From IMG/VR virus record IMGVR_UViG_3300048902_000090, positions 1-45,161 of that record: a DNA stretch of 45,161 nucleotides. One strand, written 5' to 3'. The notes beneath the pieces were generated by a model, which searched no databases, was not told where the DNA came from, and was given only the letters and a program-made list of their open reading frames with translations. The stretch is from a virus. Taxonomy: Duplodnaviria > Caudoviricetes. This document shows positions 26,092-34,758 of this stretch, in pieces (positions within the stretch are counted from its first letter, which is position 1; the number at the start of each line of letters is the position of its first letter). The position numbers were made by a program, and so were the translations under genes.

Positions 26092-27604
26092 CATAATTAC
26101 AGGCGCGTTAGGGCAACAGAATCCCTACGACGAGGCGCGCGAATACCAGCGGCGGCAGAACGCCCAGAATAATGCTGCGCTCGGGCTCGGCCCCGACGGG
26201 AGTCCCTTGCCTCCTGGCGGCGCTCCCGGGCCGAACGGCGGCCCGACGCCGGCGCAGACTCAACCGGCTCAGCAACAGCCGAATTCGACCAAGACTCCAC
26301 AGGATCTCGGCTCGATCATGCTCGACCTGCAGCAATACAACGAGCGCAACCAAGGCTTTAACCAGGCGCTCGGCATGGGCGTCGCCGCTTTCGCTCAGCC
26401 GCGCGACCGGCAAATGGTTTCGCAGATGTTCAACGTCAATCAGTCCGATCCGACCAAGATCGGCAACATGCTGATGAACATGAACTCCGCTCAGCAGGGG
26501 CAGAACCGCGCCAACGCCGTCGCCCGCATGGTCAACGATCCCGATCAGGGACCAGCGATCGCGCGAGCGTTCGGCATGGACTGGGGCGCGCTCAAGGCCG
26601 GCGTTCTCTCCGATCCCGGCCTGGTGGCGAAAATCGCCGAAACCTGGGGCACGGCGGACGAGAAGGTGCGCGCCGGGGCGCAGGTCGGGCACGGCGCCCT
26701 CGGCGTCGCGGGCGGGCCTCCCGGCTCAGGACCTCCTGGCGCTCCCAACCCGATCAGCGACGTCGGCAAGCAGATCGTCGCCCAGGTCGGCGGCGAACCG
26801 GCGATGACCGAAGCTCAAATGAATTGGGACGAAAAGCATCCCGGCCAGCCGACGCCCTGGAATCGAAACGACGTCGAGTCTTTCAAGCAGTACCAACAAG
26901 ACCAAAACACGCGGAAAACGAACGCCCAGGAATTCAACAGCAAAAATCACGGCATGCAGATCGATAAGGTGACTGACTTCCAGCACCGGGTCGAATCGCT
27001 GAAAACCGATCCTGGGATGGTTCAGATCATGAACAATCCCAACGCTTACCGGCAAGCGATGAAGTGGATCATGCAACACAAGGACGACACGGAGGAACAG
27101 TTGGCGGCCGCCATGCCCGATTGGTTGGCGAGCATTGCTGGCTATACGCCGGAAGTGAAGAACGCGCTCACTCAATTGCAACTGCTACGCTCACGCAATT
27201 ACTCCAACGCCATGCACTCGATCGGGCAGCGATTCTCAACTCAGGAAGTGCAAAACGTTTCGAAGGGCATGGACGAGTTGCTTAACCTCGAATTGAGCCC
27301 GAAGGATTACCAGGAAGGGCTTGATCACCTGGTCGACGAGACGAAGACGATCCGCGCCAACAGTCATGGCGCCGCGCAAGACTTCGACACGATGGATCCG
27401 GACCTGCGAACCTATGTCAATCCGACCTTCACTAAAGGCGGCCGCGCCAATGTCGAGAACTCAGGCTCGGAGGATTGGGCCGACAAGGTGAAGCCGCCGC
27501 AAAAAATGATCGACGATGCGAAGGAGGCGCTTGCGAAAGGCGTTGCTCGCAGAGTGCTTGAAAAGGAATTTCGCAAGCAGGGATTCCGGCCGATGGGGTT
27601 CTAA
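26075..27604 (+). CDS. Putative ejection protein
   Basis: 509 aa, helical Gln/Asn-rich; position at end of virion module. Confidence 0.7.
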   Translation: MAGPFDIITGALGQQNPYDEAREYQRRQNAQNNAALGLGPDGSPLPPGGAPGPNGGPTPAQTQPAQQQPNSTKTPQDLGSIMLDLQQYNERNQGFNQALGMGVAAFAQPRDRQMVSQMFNVNQSDPTKIGNMLMNMNSAQQGQNRANAVARMVNDPDQGPAIARAFGMDWGALKAGVLSDPGLVAKIAETWGTADEKVRAGAQVGHGALGVAGGPPGSGPPGAPNPISDVGKQIVAQVGGEPAMTEAQMNWDEKHPGQPTPWNRNDVESFKQYQQDQNTRKTNAQEFNSKNHGMQIDKVTDFQHRVESLKTDPGMVQIMNNPNAYRQAMKWIMQHKDDTEEQLAAAMPDWLASIAGYTPEVKNALTQLQLLRSRNYSNAMHSIGQRFSTQEVQNVSKGMDELLNLELSPKDYQEGLDHLVDETKTIRANSHGAAQDFDTMDPDLRTYVNPTFTKGGRANVENSGSEDWADKVKPPQKMIDDAKEALAKGVARRVLEKEFRKQGFRPMGF

Positions 27605-28729
27605 ATGGCCAATCAGTTTGAGCATCTTTTCCCCACAACGCCGCCGGCGACAACCGCGCCGGCAGATTCGACCGCTGCGAGTGCGCCCGCGACAACGGGC
27701 AATCAATTCCAGCATCTCTTTCCGAAGACGCCGCCCGCAACGATCACCGATCCGGCGCCGGCCGCCGCCGATACCGGAAACAGCTTCTGGTACGACACTT
27801 TCCATCCGCAACCCGCCGACCTCTCGCGGCCTCAGACCTGGCGCGACTGGGCGACCAAGACCTATTCGCCGACGGCGTCGGATTACGGCTCAGCTGCGCT
27901 CGACGACGTCTCGATGGGCTCGGCCGACTACGGACAGGCCAAGCTCACCGGCGAGGACATCAACGCCATCCGGAGGCGCACAGCAGCCTCTCAGGCCGCC
28001 CTGGGGCCCATGGGGCCGGTCGTCAGTGCTGTGACCTATGTCGCCGGCCCGGGCAAGGTTCTGGGGCCTCTGGCGGCGATCGGGAAGGGCGCCAAGGCGG
28101 GAGTCAAAGCTGGCCGCGCGGCGCTCGAGGGCTTTGGCGCCGGGGCGATCAGTTCGGAAGGGCACGATCTCGGCAGCGACAAGAGCCAGACTGAGCGCGC
28201 CACGGACGCGGTCAAGCAAGGCGCGGAATCCGCGGTCGCCGGCGTCGGCGGCAACTGGATCGGCAGGGGAACGGCGAAGGTGCTGCAGCCGGCCTTCGAC
28301 GCCGCGCAGGGCGCTCCTGGGCGCGCGGGCGACCCATGGTTCGGCGATATGCGGACAGCCTCGGCGCAAGGTCAGGATATCAGCCCTGCCGTGCGGCAAT
28401 TTCAGCAAGACACGGGGCACGACCTGAGTCCCGTTCTCGACGCTCAGAAGATTGGGACCGGCCCGATTAGCGACCTGACGCGGAAGGGAGCGAACCTCAC
28501 GGGTCGAGTGGTCGCCGGCAAGATTCAGCCGCTGACGTATTTCTCGAGCAAGCCTGGCGAGCTCGGCGAGTGGGCGCACGACTCGGTCCTGAACCGCGTG
28601 CGTAATTACGCGACGCAGAAGGCCTTCGATCAGGTCTATCCGGCAGTCGCCGGCTCGCCATTGCGTGGCGACACCGGCGGCTGGACGAGAGCGATTCAGC
28701 AAGGGCTGATCGGCGGATCGCTGCCTTAA
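27605..28729 (+). CDS. Putative ejection protein
   Basis: Duplicated N-terminal NQF(E/Q)HLFP.TPPAT motif; Gly/Ala-rich helices; last plus-strand gene. Confidence 0.7.
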   Translation: MANQFEHLFPTTPPATTAPADSTAASAPATTGNQFQHLFPKTPPATITDPAPAAADTGNSFWYDTFHPQPADLSRPQTWRDWATKTYSPTASDYGSAALDDVSMGSADYGQAKLTGEDINAIRRRTAASQAALGPMGPVVSAVTYVAGPGKVLGPLAAIGKGAKAGVKAGRAALEGFGAGAISSEGHDLGSDKSQTERATDAVKQGAESAVAGVGGNWIGRGTAKVLQPAFDAAQGAPGRAGDPWFGDMRTASAQGQDISPAVRQFQQDTGHDLSPVLDAQKIGTGPISDLTRKGANLTGRVVAGKIQPLTYFSSKPGELGEWAHDSVLNRVRNYATQKAFDQVYPAVAGSPLRGDTGGWTRAIQQGLIGGSLP

Positions 28730-29061
28730 GGCTTAAGAGGTCGATCTCGCTCCAAGGCGGCTTCAAGTTTATCCAGCGCAGCTTTGGCCTCTGCCGATCT
28801 TTTCTCTGCATTTTCCCTGCAAAGCTGTGGATCGTTGCTTGTCGGACTGTTGATGTACGGTCCAAGGGAGCAAACGGGCTTAGACAGGTTGAAGGCGGTG
28901 AGAAGACCGACAACGATGAGCGCGAAGATTCCGACCAGGATCGCCAGGCGTTTGATCGCCCTGATCAGGATAGCGGAGGGAAGCAAGAGGATGCTTCCCA
29001 GGATCGCGAGTCCCGCTAACCCGTGCACGGCGGAGCCCTCCCCGTGATGGTGGTGGCTCAT
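28726..29061 (-). CDS. Two-TM membrane protein with His-rich N-terminus
   Basis: MSHHHHGEG, two hydrophobic helices, Cys pair, short coiled coil; ATGA-coupled to the DGQHR-like gene. Confidence 0.75.
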   Translation of the reverse strand: MSHHHHGEGSAVHGLAGLAILGSILLLPSAILIRAIKRLAILVGIFALIVVGLLTAFNLSKPVCSLGPYINSPTSNDPQLCRENAEKRSAEAKAALDKLEAALERDRPLKP

Positions 29062-30395
29062 GCGGCCTCCGCGATCGCCGGCGGCTTCATCAGGACCTGG
29101 AAGGCGGCGTCCAGGTTCTCGTTGGTGCCCTTCAGGCGCCAGGTGTTCGAACCGGCGTTGACGGCGACCATCTGGAACCAGGCGGGCTTGGCGTTCTCAC
29201 GCAGGAAGTCGTACGGGCTGTTGACGGTCGCCGCGAGTTCGTCCGTCCAGTCGAAGGGCAGAAGGAACCAATCGACCTGCGCCATCCGCTCGGCCATGGC
29301 GGCGAGCGAAATGCCGTTCTCCCTGGCGTAGCGGAAGGCCCGCATCAGGATCCCGAATCCGGCCCCGCGCATGAGCACGCAGCCGCCCATCTGCTTCCGG
29401 AATACCGCCGGCGCCGCCGAACCGTCCGTCAATTGCCGGAAGATCGGCACCCGCTTGACGAGTTCGTCGATGAATGCGCCGATCTCGACCGGCGCGGCCT
29501 CCATCAGCTTGGTCTTCTCCTCTCGGGTGAGCTTGTCGAAGTCCTCGATACGCACGCAATAGGCGTTGATGAGGGAGCCGCGGACGGCGCTCATCGACCA
29601 GGCGAGGGCCGAGTTCGACGACAGATTGACGGAGGGGCTGGTCGCATCGACGTACTGGTGCAGGAATGCGTTGCCGAGCACGAGGCCGCGCGCCGCCTTA
29701 ACGACGATATTACGCAGATCCCAGGTTGCTTTGACCGATTCCGTCACCGGCTTCGATTTCGCGAGGTCGGTGAAGTCCTGGTGCTGCATATCGCTTGAGG
29801 ATTCGAAGACGAAGGTGCAGCCGACGCCGTTGGAGAGCAAGTGCTGGATGCCTTCGCCGCCGGCTTTGACGAGGTCGTCGACCGAGCCTGAGCGGTGGGC
29901 GCCGTCGGAAGCGGGCATTTTGGCGCCGGCGGGCGGAATGAAGATTGCCGGCCAGGCGAGGCTTTCGTTGTCGGTGACGAGGAGAATCATTTCGGCTTTC
30001 GGCATTTCCTCGGTCCAGCCGACGCCGTAATTCAACATGAAGTTGGGGAAGATCCACTTGTCGCCGACGAACGCCGTTTCCTTGAGGTAGTTCTTGATCG
30101 CCAGGCGTTGGTTGGGGATATTGGGGCGGTTAGGATGCTTGGTGAGCTCTTCGACGTTTGAGCCGCGTTTGGCCTGGTCGATGCCGACGATGCTCAGGTA
30201 ATCGTTGAGCGGCATGGTGGTGAGGAACTGGAGGCGATTCCCCTGTTTCATGGCGGAGCCGAACCAGTGGTTCGACGATTTATTGAGGACGATCGGGCGG
30301 CGGAAGAATTCGGCCGGATCGCGGATGACGGTTACGACGAGCCCCTCGGGCAGGTCGACTGAGTCGAGGATGCGGATTTCGTCTGCAGATGGCAT
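29058..30395 (-). CDS. DndB/DGQHR-domain protein (ParB/Srx superfamily)
   Basis: NRP...IKNYL...IFPNFMLN, DGAHR (variant of DGQHR), QHQDFTDL, WDLRN; AAAGGAG SD before ATG 30395. Confidence 0.75.
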   Translation of the reverse strand: MPSADEIRILDSVDLPEGLVVTVIRDPAEFFRRPIVLNKSSNHWFGSAMKQGNRLQFLTTMPLNDYLSIVGIDQAKRGSNVEELTKHPNRPNIPNQRLAIKNYLKETAFVGDKWIFPNFMLNYGVGWTEEMPKAEMILLVTDNESLAWPAIFIPPAGAKMPASDGAHRSGSVDDLVKAGGEGIQHLLSNGVGCTFVFESSSDMQHQDFTDLAKSKPVTESVKATWDLRNIVVKAARGLVLGNAFLHQYVDATSPSVNLSSNSALAWSMSAVRGSLINAYCVRIEDFDKLTREEKTKLMEAAPVEIGAFIDELVKRVPIFRQLTDGSAAPAVFRKQMGGCVLMRGAGFGILMRAFRYARENGISLAAMAERMAQVDWFLLPFDWTDELAATVNSPYDFLRENAKPAWFQMVAVNAGSNTWRLKGTNENLDAAFQVLMKPPAIAEAA

Positions 30396-30413
30396 AATTC
30401 GCTCCTTTGAAGC

Positions 30414-30476
30414 GTGACGGCGTTCGTGGTTGAACGCCGTCACCATCAAAACAGCATACGCGGCGTTCGTAGTCAA
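30414..30476 (-). promoter_or_regulatory. Promoter plus palindromic operator/leader hairpin of the DGQHR cassette
   Basis: TTGACT -35 at 30471-30476 (weak -10); perfect 12-bp dyad GTGACGGCGTTC-N6-GAACGCCGTCAC 30414-30443; third half-site 30461-30470. Confidence 0.55.
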
Positions 30477-30498
30477 GCGCCGTCTCGATAAAAAATCA

Positions 30499-31914
30499 TT
30501 AAACCGCGGCTGACGCCCTCAACTTGCTAAAAACCGCCTCGTATAAATTCTGCTTCTTTTGCAAAGCTTTAACCACTCGCCGATCGAGATCCGAACCAGC
30601 CAAATCGATATACAAACAATTTTCTCGCTGCCCGCGCCGGTGAATCCGGTCCTCGTCCTGCGTGCGCGTGTCCAGCGAATAGCTCGACTCAAAGAAAACC
30701 ATGGTAGAACAACGATCTCTAGGGGCCTCGCCGCCGAGAAGCGTATGGCCATACTTGATCGCGTCACACTGCCCCAACATGACGCGGCACGCCGGATCTC
30801 CATTGAAGCGGCGCTTCTGATCGCCCGTCTCAATCGGCTTCATCTGCCCCTTGATGAAAGCGGGCTGGAAACGCTCGAGCGCCTTCGAGAGAATCTCGAA
30901 CGAATAGCGATGCCGGTAAATCACGACGACCTTGCCGTCGATTTGCGCGAGCGTCTCCAACAAACACAAAAGCCGCGGATTCTTCTCCGCTTCAACCAGT
31001 ACCCGGGCATCCCCCTGCTCGTTGAGAATAAAGCCGCATTGAATTTGCGAGAGCTTCTCGTATTTGCTCACGGCGACGTCGACAGCGACAATCTCGTCGT
31101 TCTCGAGCTCGAGCAGGAACTCATCCCGCATCTGCTCATATTGGGCCGCCTGTTCGCCCGACATTTCATAAACACGGACGCTGGCGTCTTTCCGCGGGGC
31201 CGCCGTCCACCAGTCGGCCTTCCGAGCCTCGAAGACAGCGGGGCCCATGATCCGTGCCAGCCCCTCGGCGTTTTTAACGCCGACGATCTGCTTGTTCTGC
31301 CAGCCACCCATTACACAGAAAGTGTTCCGGAACGCCCAGAACTTGACCCCATGGAACAGGCCAAGCGCGCGGAGTTGGGGATAGAGGTCTGCTGGCCCCT
31401 GCGTTTGCGGCAATCCCGTCAGGATCCGGACGATCGCCGCACGTTCCGCCAGGTGCAGCGCCGCTTTGGTCTGCTCACTGTTGTGGGTTTTGATCTGGAT
31501 TGACTCGTCGATCGCCAGCATCGTCGGCTTGACCGACATCCAAGCGAGGAGCTTGAGGAGATTCTCCTTACCGCGCGCCGCCTCGTAATTGATGATCAGC
31601 ACCGGCGGCTTTTCGAACCGCTTGGTGGCGAAAAACGCGTCGTTGGCTTTCAGGCCGGAAACGAAAATGTGGTAGGCGAACGGGAAGCTTTTGTCCTCGA
31701 TCTCGTCCACCCAGCCCTGCTTGAAGGTGTTAGGGGAAATGACCAGCATGCGGGTGGCGCGCAGGTCGTTGGGATCGTTCGTCCATACGGCGCGGCGGAA
31801 TTCCTCGAGCGCGAGGATCGTCTTGCCGAGTCCCATCTCGAGGAAATAGCCGAAGCCGCGCTTGCGGTAACTCCGCTTTAAGCCCTCGATTTGAACCGGA
31901 TCAAGCTGCAGCAT
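30499..31914 (-). CDS. SNF2-family helicase
   Basis: EMGLGKT, IDES, LTGLP, QDEDRIHRRGQ. Confidence 0.92.
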   Translation of the reverse strand: MLQLDPVQIEGLKRSYRKRGFGYFLEMGLGKTILALEEFRRAVWTNDPNDLRATRMLVISPNTFKQGWVDEIEDKSFPFAYHIFVSGLKANDAFFATKRFEKPPVLIINYEAARGKENLLKLLAWMSVKPTMLAIDESIQIKTHNSEQTKAALHLAERAAIVRILTGLPQTQGPADLYPQLRALGLFHGVKFWAFRNTFCVMGGWQNKQIVGVKNAEGLARIMGPAVFEARKADWWTAAPRKDASVRVYEMSGEQAAQYEQMRDEFLLELENDEIVAVDVAVSKYEKLSQIQCGFILNEQGDARVLVEAEKNPRLLCLLETLAQIDGKVVVIYRHRYSFEILSKALERFQPAFIKGQMKPIETGDQKRRFNGDPACRVMLGQCDAIKYGHTLLGGEAPRDRCSTMVFFESSYSLDTRTQDEDRIHRRGQRENCLYIDLAGSDLDRRVVKALQKKQNLYEAVFSKLRASAAV

Positions 31915-32302
31915 TCGCCTTTATTCGCCATCGACCGTCGCCTATTCGCTCGATCACGCCAAATCTTTGCAAGGCCTCGAGGCGCGAGTTGACCGAGTTG
32001 GGCGAGAATCCCGCGGCTTTGACCTTGGGCTGCAACTCGACCGACCGCTTAGGGCCGAACGACATTTCGGTCATCAGGATGGCGTTGACGCCCCTCTTGA
32101 GGTCTGGGCCAGGCGAGGGACGCTGATAAGTCTTGGGCTTGGCTCTGTGCGTGATCTTGGGAACCGCGATCGCGCGCTCGGCCAGCGTCGGTTTCGGCGC
32201 CAATTCTTCGACCGAGAGGTCCTCGATTGGCAGCATTTTGGCGACCATGGCGAACAGAGTCTCGCCGGCGATCGTGAATCCGATTTTGAATTTTACGCTC
32301 AT
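31901..32302 (-). CDS. Putative winged-helix DNA-binding protein
   Basis: C-terminal GFSPNSVNSRLEALQRFGVIERIGDGRW; start at ATG 32302 (ATGA overlap). Confidence 0.65.
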   Translation of the reverse strand: MSVKFKIGFTIAGETLFAMVAKMLPIEDLSVEELAPKPTLAERAIAVPKITHRAKPKTYQRPSPGPDLKRGVNAILMTEMSFGPKRSVELQPKVKAAGFSPNSVNSRLEALQRFGVIERIGDGRWRIKANAAA

Positions 32303-32556
32303 AAACGCCTCTCGATTGCGCAGGGAATGTCTCGGACGATCGCCACAGCGCGCTCGACCTCGACGAGATCGTGGCTGTGCAGGAGGGCGTCGACCTCTCG
32401 ATCGCAAAGCTCGCGGACAAGACGTTCAGGATCGGGCGCGGCGATCACTAGCGGCGGCTTAACCTGGAGCGTGGGTGGCGCGGCGAGCCAGGTTAATGTG
32501 CGCCCTATGAGGAACGAGCCCGCGAGGATCAGAGCCACGGTCCAACCGTGTCTCAT
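32299..32556 (-). CDS. Small membrane-anchored hypothetical protein
   Basis: N-terminal hydrophobic helix, Cys pair; coupled. Confidence 0.65.
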   Translation of the reverse strand: MRHGWTVALILAGSFLIGRTLTWLAAPPTLQVKPPLVIAAPDPERLVRELCDREVDALLHSHDLVEVERAVAIVRDIPCAIERRL

Positions 32557-32888
32557 CCCCGCCTCCGGACCTTATTCCGGTAGAGTTTCGGGTTTTGAAA
32601 GACTCGACGAAGCTCTTCTCGCACGTCTTTTTTAACGGCGACTCCCGCATCGATGTCGACAATGCCGAGCTTCTTGCCGAGAGCGCGCAAGACTGCGTTG
32701 AGCGTCGCCGCCTGGGGCCGCCTGGTCTTGCCCTCAAACCAGTTGCGCATGGTCTGATAGGTGACGCCGGAATCCGCCTCGATCGACTTGTAGGTCGCGC
32801 CGGAAGCATCGAAGACTCCCCTCACCTCGTCGATGATCGGATCCTTGTCGACGAACGAGTAGGATTTGTAGGTAAAACCCTTACCCAT
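32553..32888 (-). CDS. XRE-like HTH regulator
   Basis: IEADSGVTYQTMRNWFEGKTRRPQAATLNAVLRALG. Confidence 0.8.
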   Translation of the reverse strand: MGKGFTYKSYSFVDKDPIIDEVRGVFDASGATYKSIEADSGVTYQTMRNWFEGKTRRPQAATLNAVLRALGKKLGIVDIDAGVAVKKDVREELRRVFQNPKLYRNKVRRRG

Positions 32889-33069
32889 GCGGCCCTCCCG
32901 GCTTCGCTTGTTCGCGCTCGAGGACGCCTTTCGCCCGTTGGCAGACGCCGGCGAGTTCGCCGAGCACGAAGGCGAGTTCGATCCCAGTGTCGCCCTCTAG
33001 CTTGCCGCGGATCGACAATAAGAGCTCGAGGGCAAGGTCGAGGCGCTTGAGAACCTCGTCGCGCTTCAT
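32881..33069 (-). CDS. Hypothetical protein
   Basis: Coupled, helical. Confidence 0.6.
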   Translation of the reverse strand: MKRDEVLKRLDLALELLLSIRGKLEGDTGIELAFVLGELAGVCQRAKGVLEREQAKPGGPHG

Positions 33070-33422
33070 GCGTTGTCCTCGAGGCCGGCGCCCGCGCGGA
33101 TGCTGCGTTCGATCGCCGAGAGGCCCACGCGCCGCGGTTCAATGATGGACGGTGTGGTATATGGGTAGTCGAACGAGCGATCGGTCTTCAGTGCTTGCTC
33201 GGCCGCGGGAACAGGCTTGGCGGCTTCCGCGTAAGCCATGATCCCGTCCCAGTGGGCCCCCTGGCCGGTCGAGACGGTGCGGGCGATCGAGGAGAGAATC
33301 TGGTCGATCGACTCCTTGGCGGCCGCCGAGAGATCGTCCCAGCCCGCGCCGGTGCGCGCCTGGTGTTTCATCGCTTGCGCGATCGCGCCGACGCCCTGGT
33401 GGTCTATTTTATCGCTTGCCAA
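33066..33422 (-). CDS. Divergent DUF6378-like protein
   Basis: AQAMK...WDDL...KESIDQI..IAR...HWDGIMAYA resembles the family pattern; TTG start inferred. Confidence 0.5.
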   Translation of the reverse strand: MASDKIDHQGVGAIAQAMKHQARTGAGWDDLSAAAKESIDQILSSIARTVSTGQGAHWDGIMAYAEAAKPVPAAEQALKTDRSFDYPYTTPSIIEPRRVGLSAIERSIRAGAGLEDNA

Positions 33423-33790
33423 TCGAGCCAATCCTTCAGAGTTGCACCGTAGCTTTTGTAGCCGCCGCCAGGTGGAAAGCAGTCTTTCTTGAGCGCCGTC
33501 TTCGCCCACGGATGGACGAACATTGCCTTCGTCTTGAGATCCCAGCCTATAAGGACGCAGAGGCCGCCGGCGCGGATGTAACGAGCGCCTTCTTCGTACT
33601 GACGTGGCGTCGGCGCGAACGCTTGGTGTTCGACGATCTTACCTTCTGCGAGCAGATGCGGGTGACCGGGAAACTTGATTGCCAGGTCCAGCAGCCCGAT
33701 CGCATATCGGTCCTCGTGCCGGCGGGCGTATGCGCCAAGGTGTTTACAATCGTCCACAAGCTCAGATTTGTGTTTACTCTCACGGTTCAC
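33404..33790 (-). CDS. VRR-NUC / PD-(D/E)xK nuclease (resolvase-like)
   Basis: E...GLLDL...LAEGK...TPRQ...RAGG; GTG start with GGAGG SD. Confidence 0.7.
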   Translation of the reverse strand: MNRESKHKSELVDDCKHLGAYARRHEDRYAIGLLDLAIKFPGHPHLLAEGKIVEHQAFAPTPRQYEEGARYIRAGGLCVLIGWDLKTKAMFVHPWAKTALKKDCFPPGGGYKSYGATLKDWLDWQAIK

Positions 33791-33987
33791 TCCCCCTCCT
33801 CGTCCGCCTCGTAGTAGCGGGCCACGGTCTGCATATGGTCGAACGCCATCAGCGCGCCGACGATGAATTCGGCGTCGGGGAGCGCCTGGCGCCAGAGATC
33901 CTCGGGGAGGCGCATGCCGTGCGGATCCTTGATCAGCTTCATCTTGCGGGCCGCCAGGCAGCGCGCCAGGAACTCGTCGAGCCTCAT
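33787..33987 (-). CDS. Hypothetical protein
   Basis: Coupled on both sides. Confidence 0.6.
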   Translation of the reverse strand: MRLDEFLARCLAARKMKLIKDPHGMRLPEDLWRQALPDAEFIVGALMAFDHMQTVARYYEADEEGE

Positions 33988-34124
33988 TTCTTCGCGCCTC
34001 GAAGCAATCGCTCGAGATGAACCGATAGCCGTGGCTGGCTGGGCTTACGTGCGCCTCGGCAAGCAAAGCCTGGTTCGGCGCCGCATTCTGGGCAGCGCAC
34101 CTTGAGAGCGTCGGCGCGCTTCAT
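33984..34124 (-). CDS. Small C3H zinc-finger protein
   Basis: CPECGAEPGFAC...HLER. Confidence 0.65.
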   Translation of the reverse strand: MKRADALKVRCPECGAEPGFACRGARKPSQPRLSVHLERLLRGAKK

Positions 34125-34216
34125 AGCCACCAACGCCCGATGAGGAGCCGACAGGAGATCGCCGCGGCGGCGAAGCCCGCTCCTAAGAGCAAAGCGAAGA
34201 TGCAAGCCTCGTTCAT
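34121..34216 (-). CDS. 31-aa hydrophobic peptide
   Basis: ATGA overlaps at both ends; MNEACIFALLLGAGFAAAAISCRLLIGRWWL. Confidence 0.5.
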   Translation of the reverse strand: MNEACIFALLLGAGFAAAAISCRLLIGRWWL

Positions 34217-34461
34217 TGGGGCGCGTCCTTGAGGGCGTCGCGGGCGGCCGCTAACTCGGCGACATAGGTCGGACCTCGATAGGGCCCGACGTGCATCTGG
34301 TGGACGGTCCAGACGGCCATGTAGGCGGGATCCTGGTGGATCTCGTCGAGTCGATTGACGAGGGCTAAGAACGCTGTCTTCAGGGCGAGAAGCTCACGCG
34401 CCAGCCGCCCAGCGTCGTCGCCCCTGCGTGCCCACTGGCGCAGTTGTGCGTCGTCGATCAT
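34213..34461 (-). CDS. Hypothetical protein
   Basis: Coupled. Confidence 0.6.
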   Translation of the reverse strand: MIDDAQLRQWARRGDDAGRLARELLALKTAFLALVNRLDEIHQDPAYMAVWTVHQMHVGPYRGPTYVAELAAARDALKDAPQ

Positions 34462-34553
34462 TTCAGCCCCAGCAAATGGATGGCGATCTGGCCGCCGTAG
34501 GCGATGAGGAAGACGATCGCGAGCAGGACGAGCGGCCAGGGAATGCGGGTCAA
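34458..34553 (-). CDS. 31-aa hydrophobic peptide
   Basis: TTG start, ATGA overlap at stop; MTRIPWPLVLLAIVFLIAYGGQIAIHLLGLK. Confidence 0.45.
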   Translation of the reverse strand: MTRIPWPLVLLAIVFLIAYGGQIAIHLLGLK

Positions 34554-34563
34554 AACTTGAATC

Positions 34564-34749
34564 TCAAGCTTTTGGTTTGGCCGCTTTGATCGAATTCGGG
34601 GACTCCGTGCTCGAGTTCTCCGCGATCTTCTCCAGCTGCGCCGCGACGTGCATCAACGCCAGCGCAACCGCGTAAGTCGCGCCGACCGGAGTCCGGACCT
34701 TCGCCGCCTTCTCGAGTTCGGTGATCCATTTCATCGCTTCGTCGTTCAT
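34564..34749 (-). CDS. Hypothetical protein
   Basis: GAGGAG SD. Confidence 0.65.
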   Translation of the reverse strand: MNDEAMKWITELEKAAKVRTPVGATYAVALALMHVAAQLEKIAENSSTESPNSIKAAKPKA

Positions 34750-34758
34750 GCGGACTCC

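Noticed and set aside
29035-29061. His-tag or vector contamination (MSHHHH)
   Set aside because: Only four His, natural ATGA coupling, no vector sequence
29058-30395. Complete Dnd phosphorothioation or Dpd modification system
   Set aside because: No dndACDE, dpdA or queuosine-pathway genes in the window
30396-30476. ORF-track N-terminal extensions (also at 3466, 3900, 12509, 21388, 32407, 34066, 39502, 40959)
   Set aside because: They overlap promoters or neighbouring genes; downstream starts have an SD or stop-start coupling
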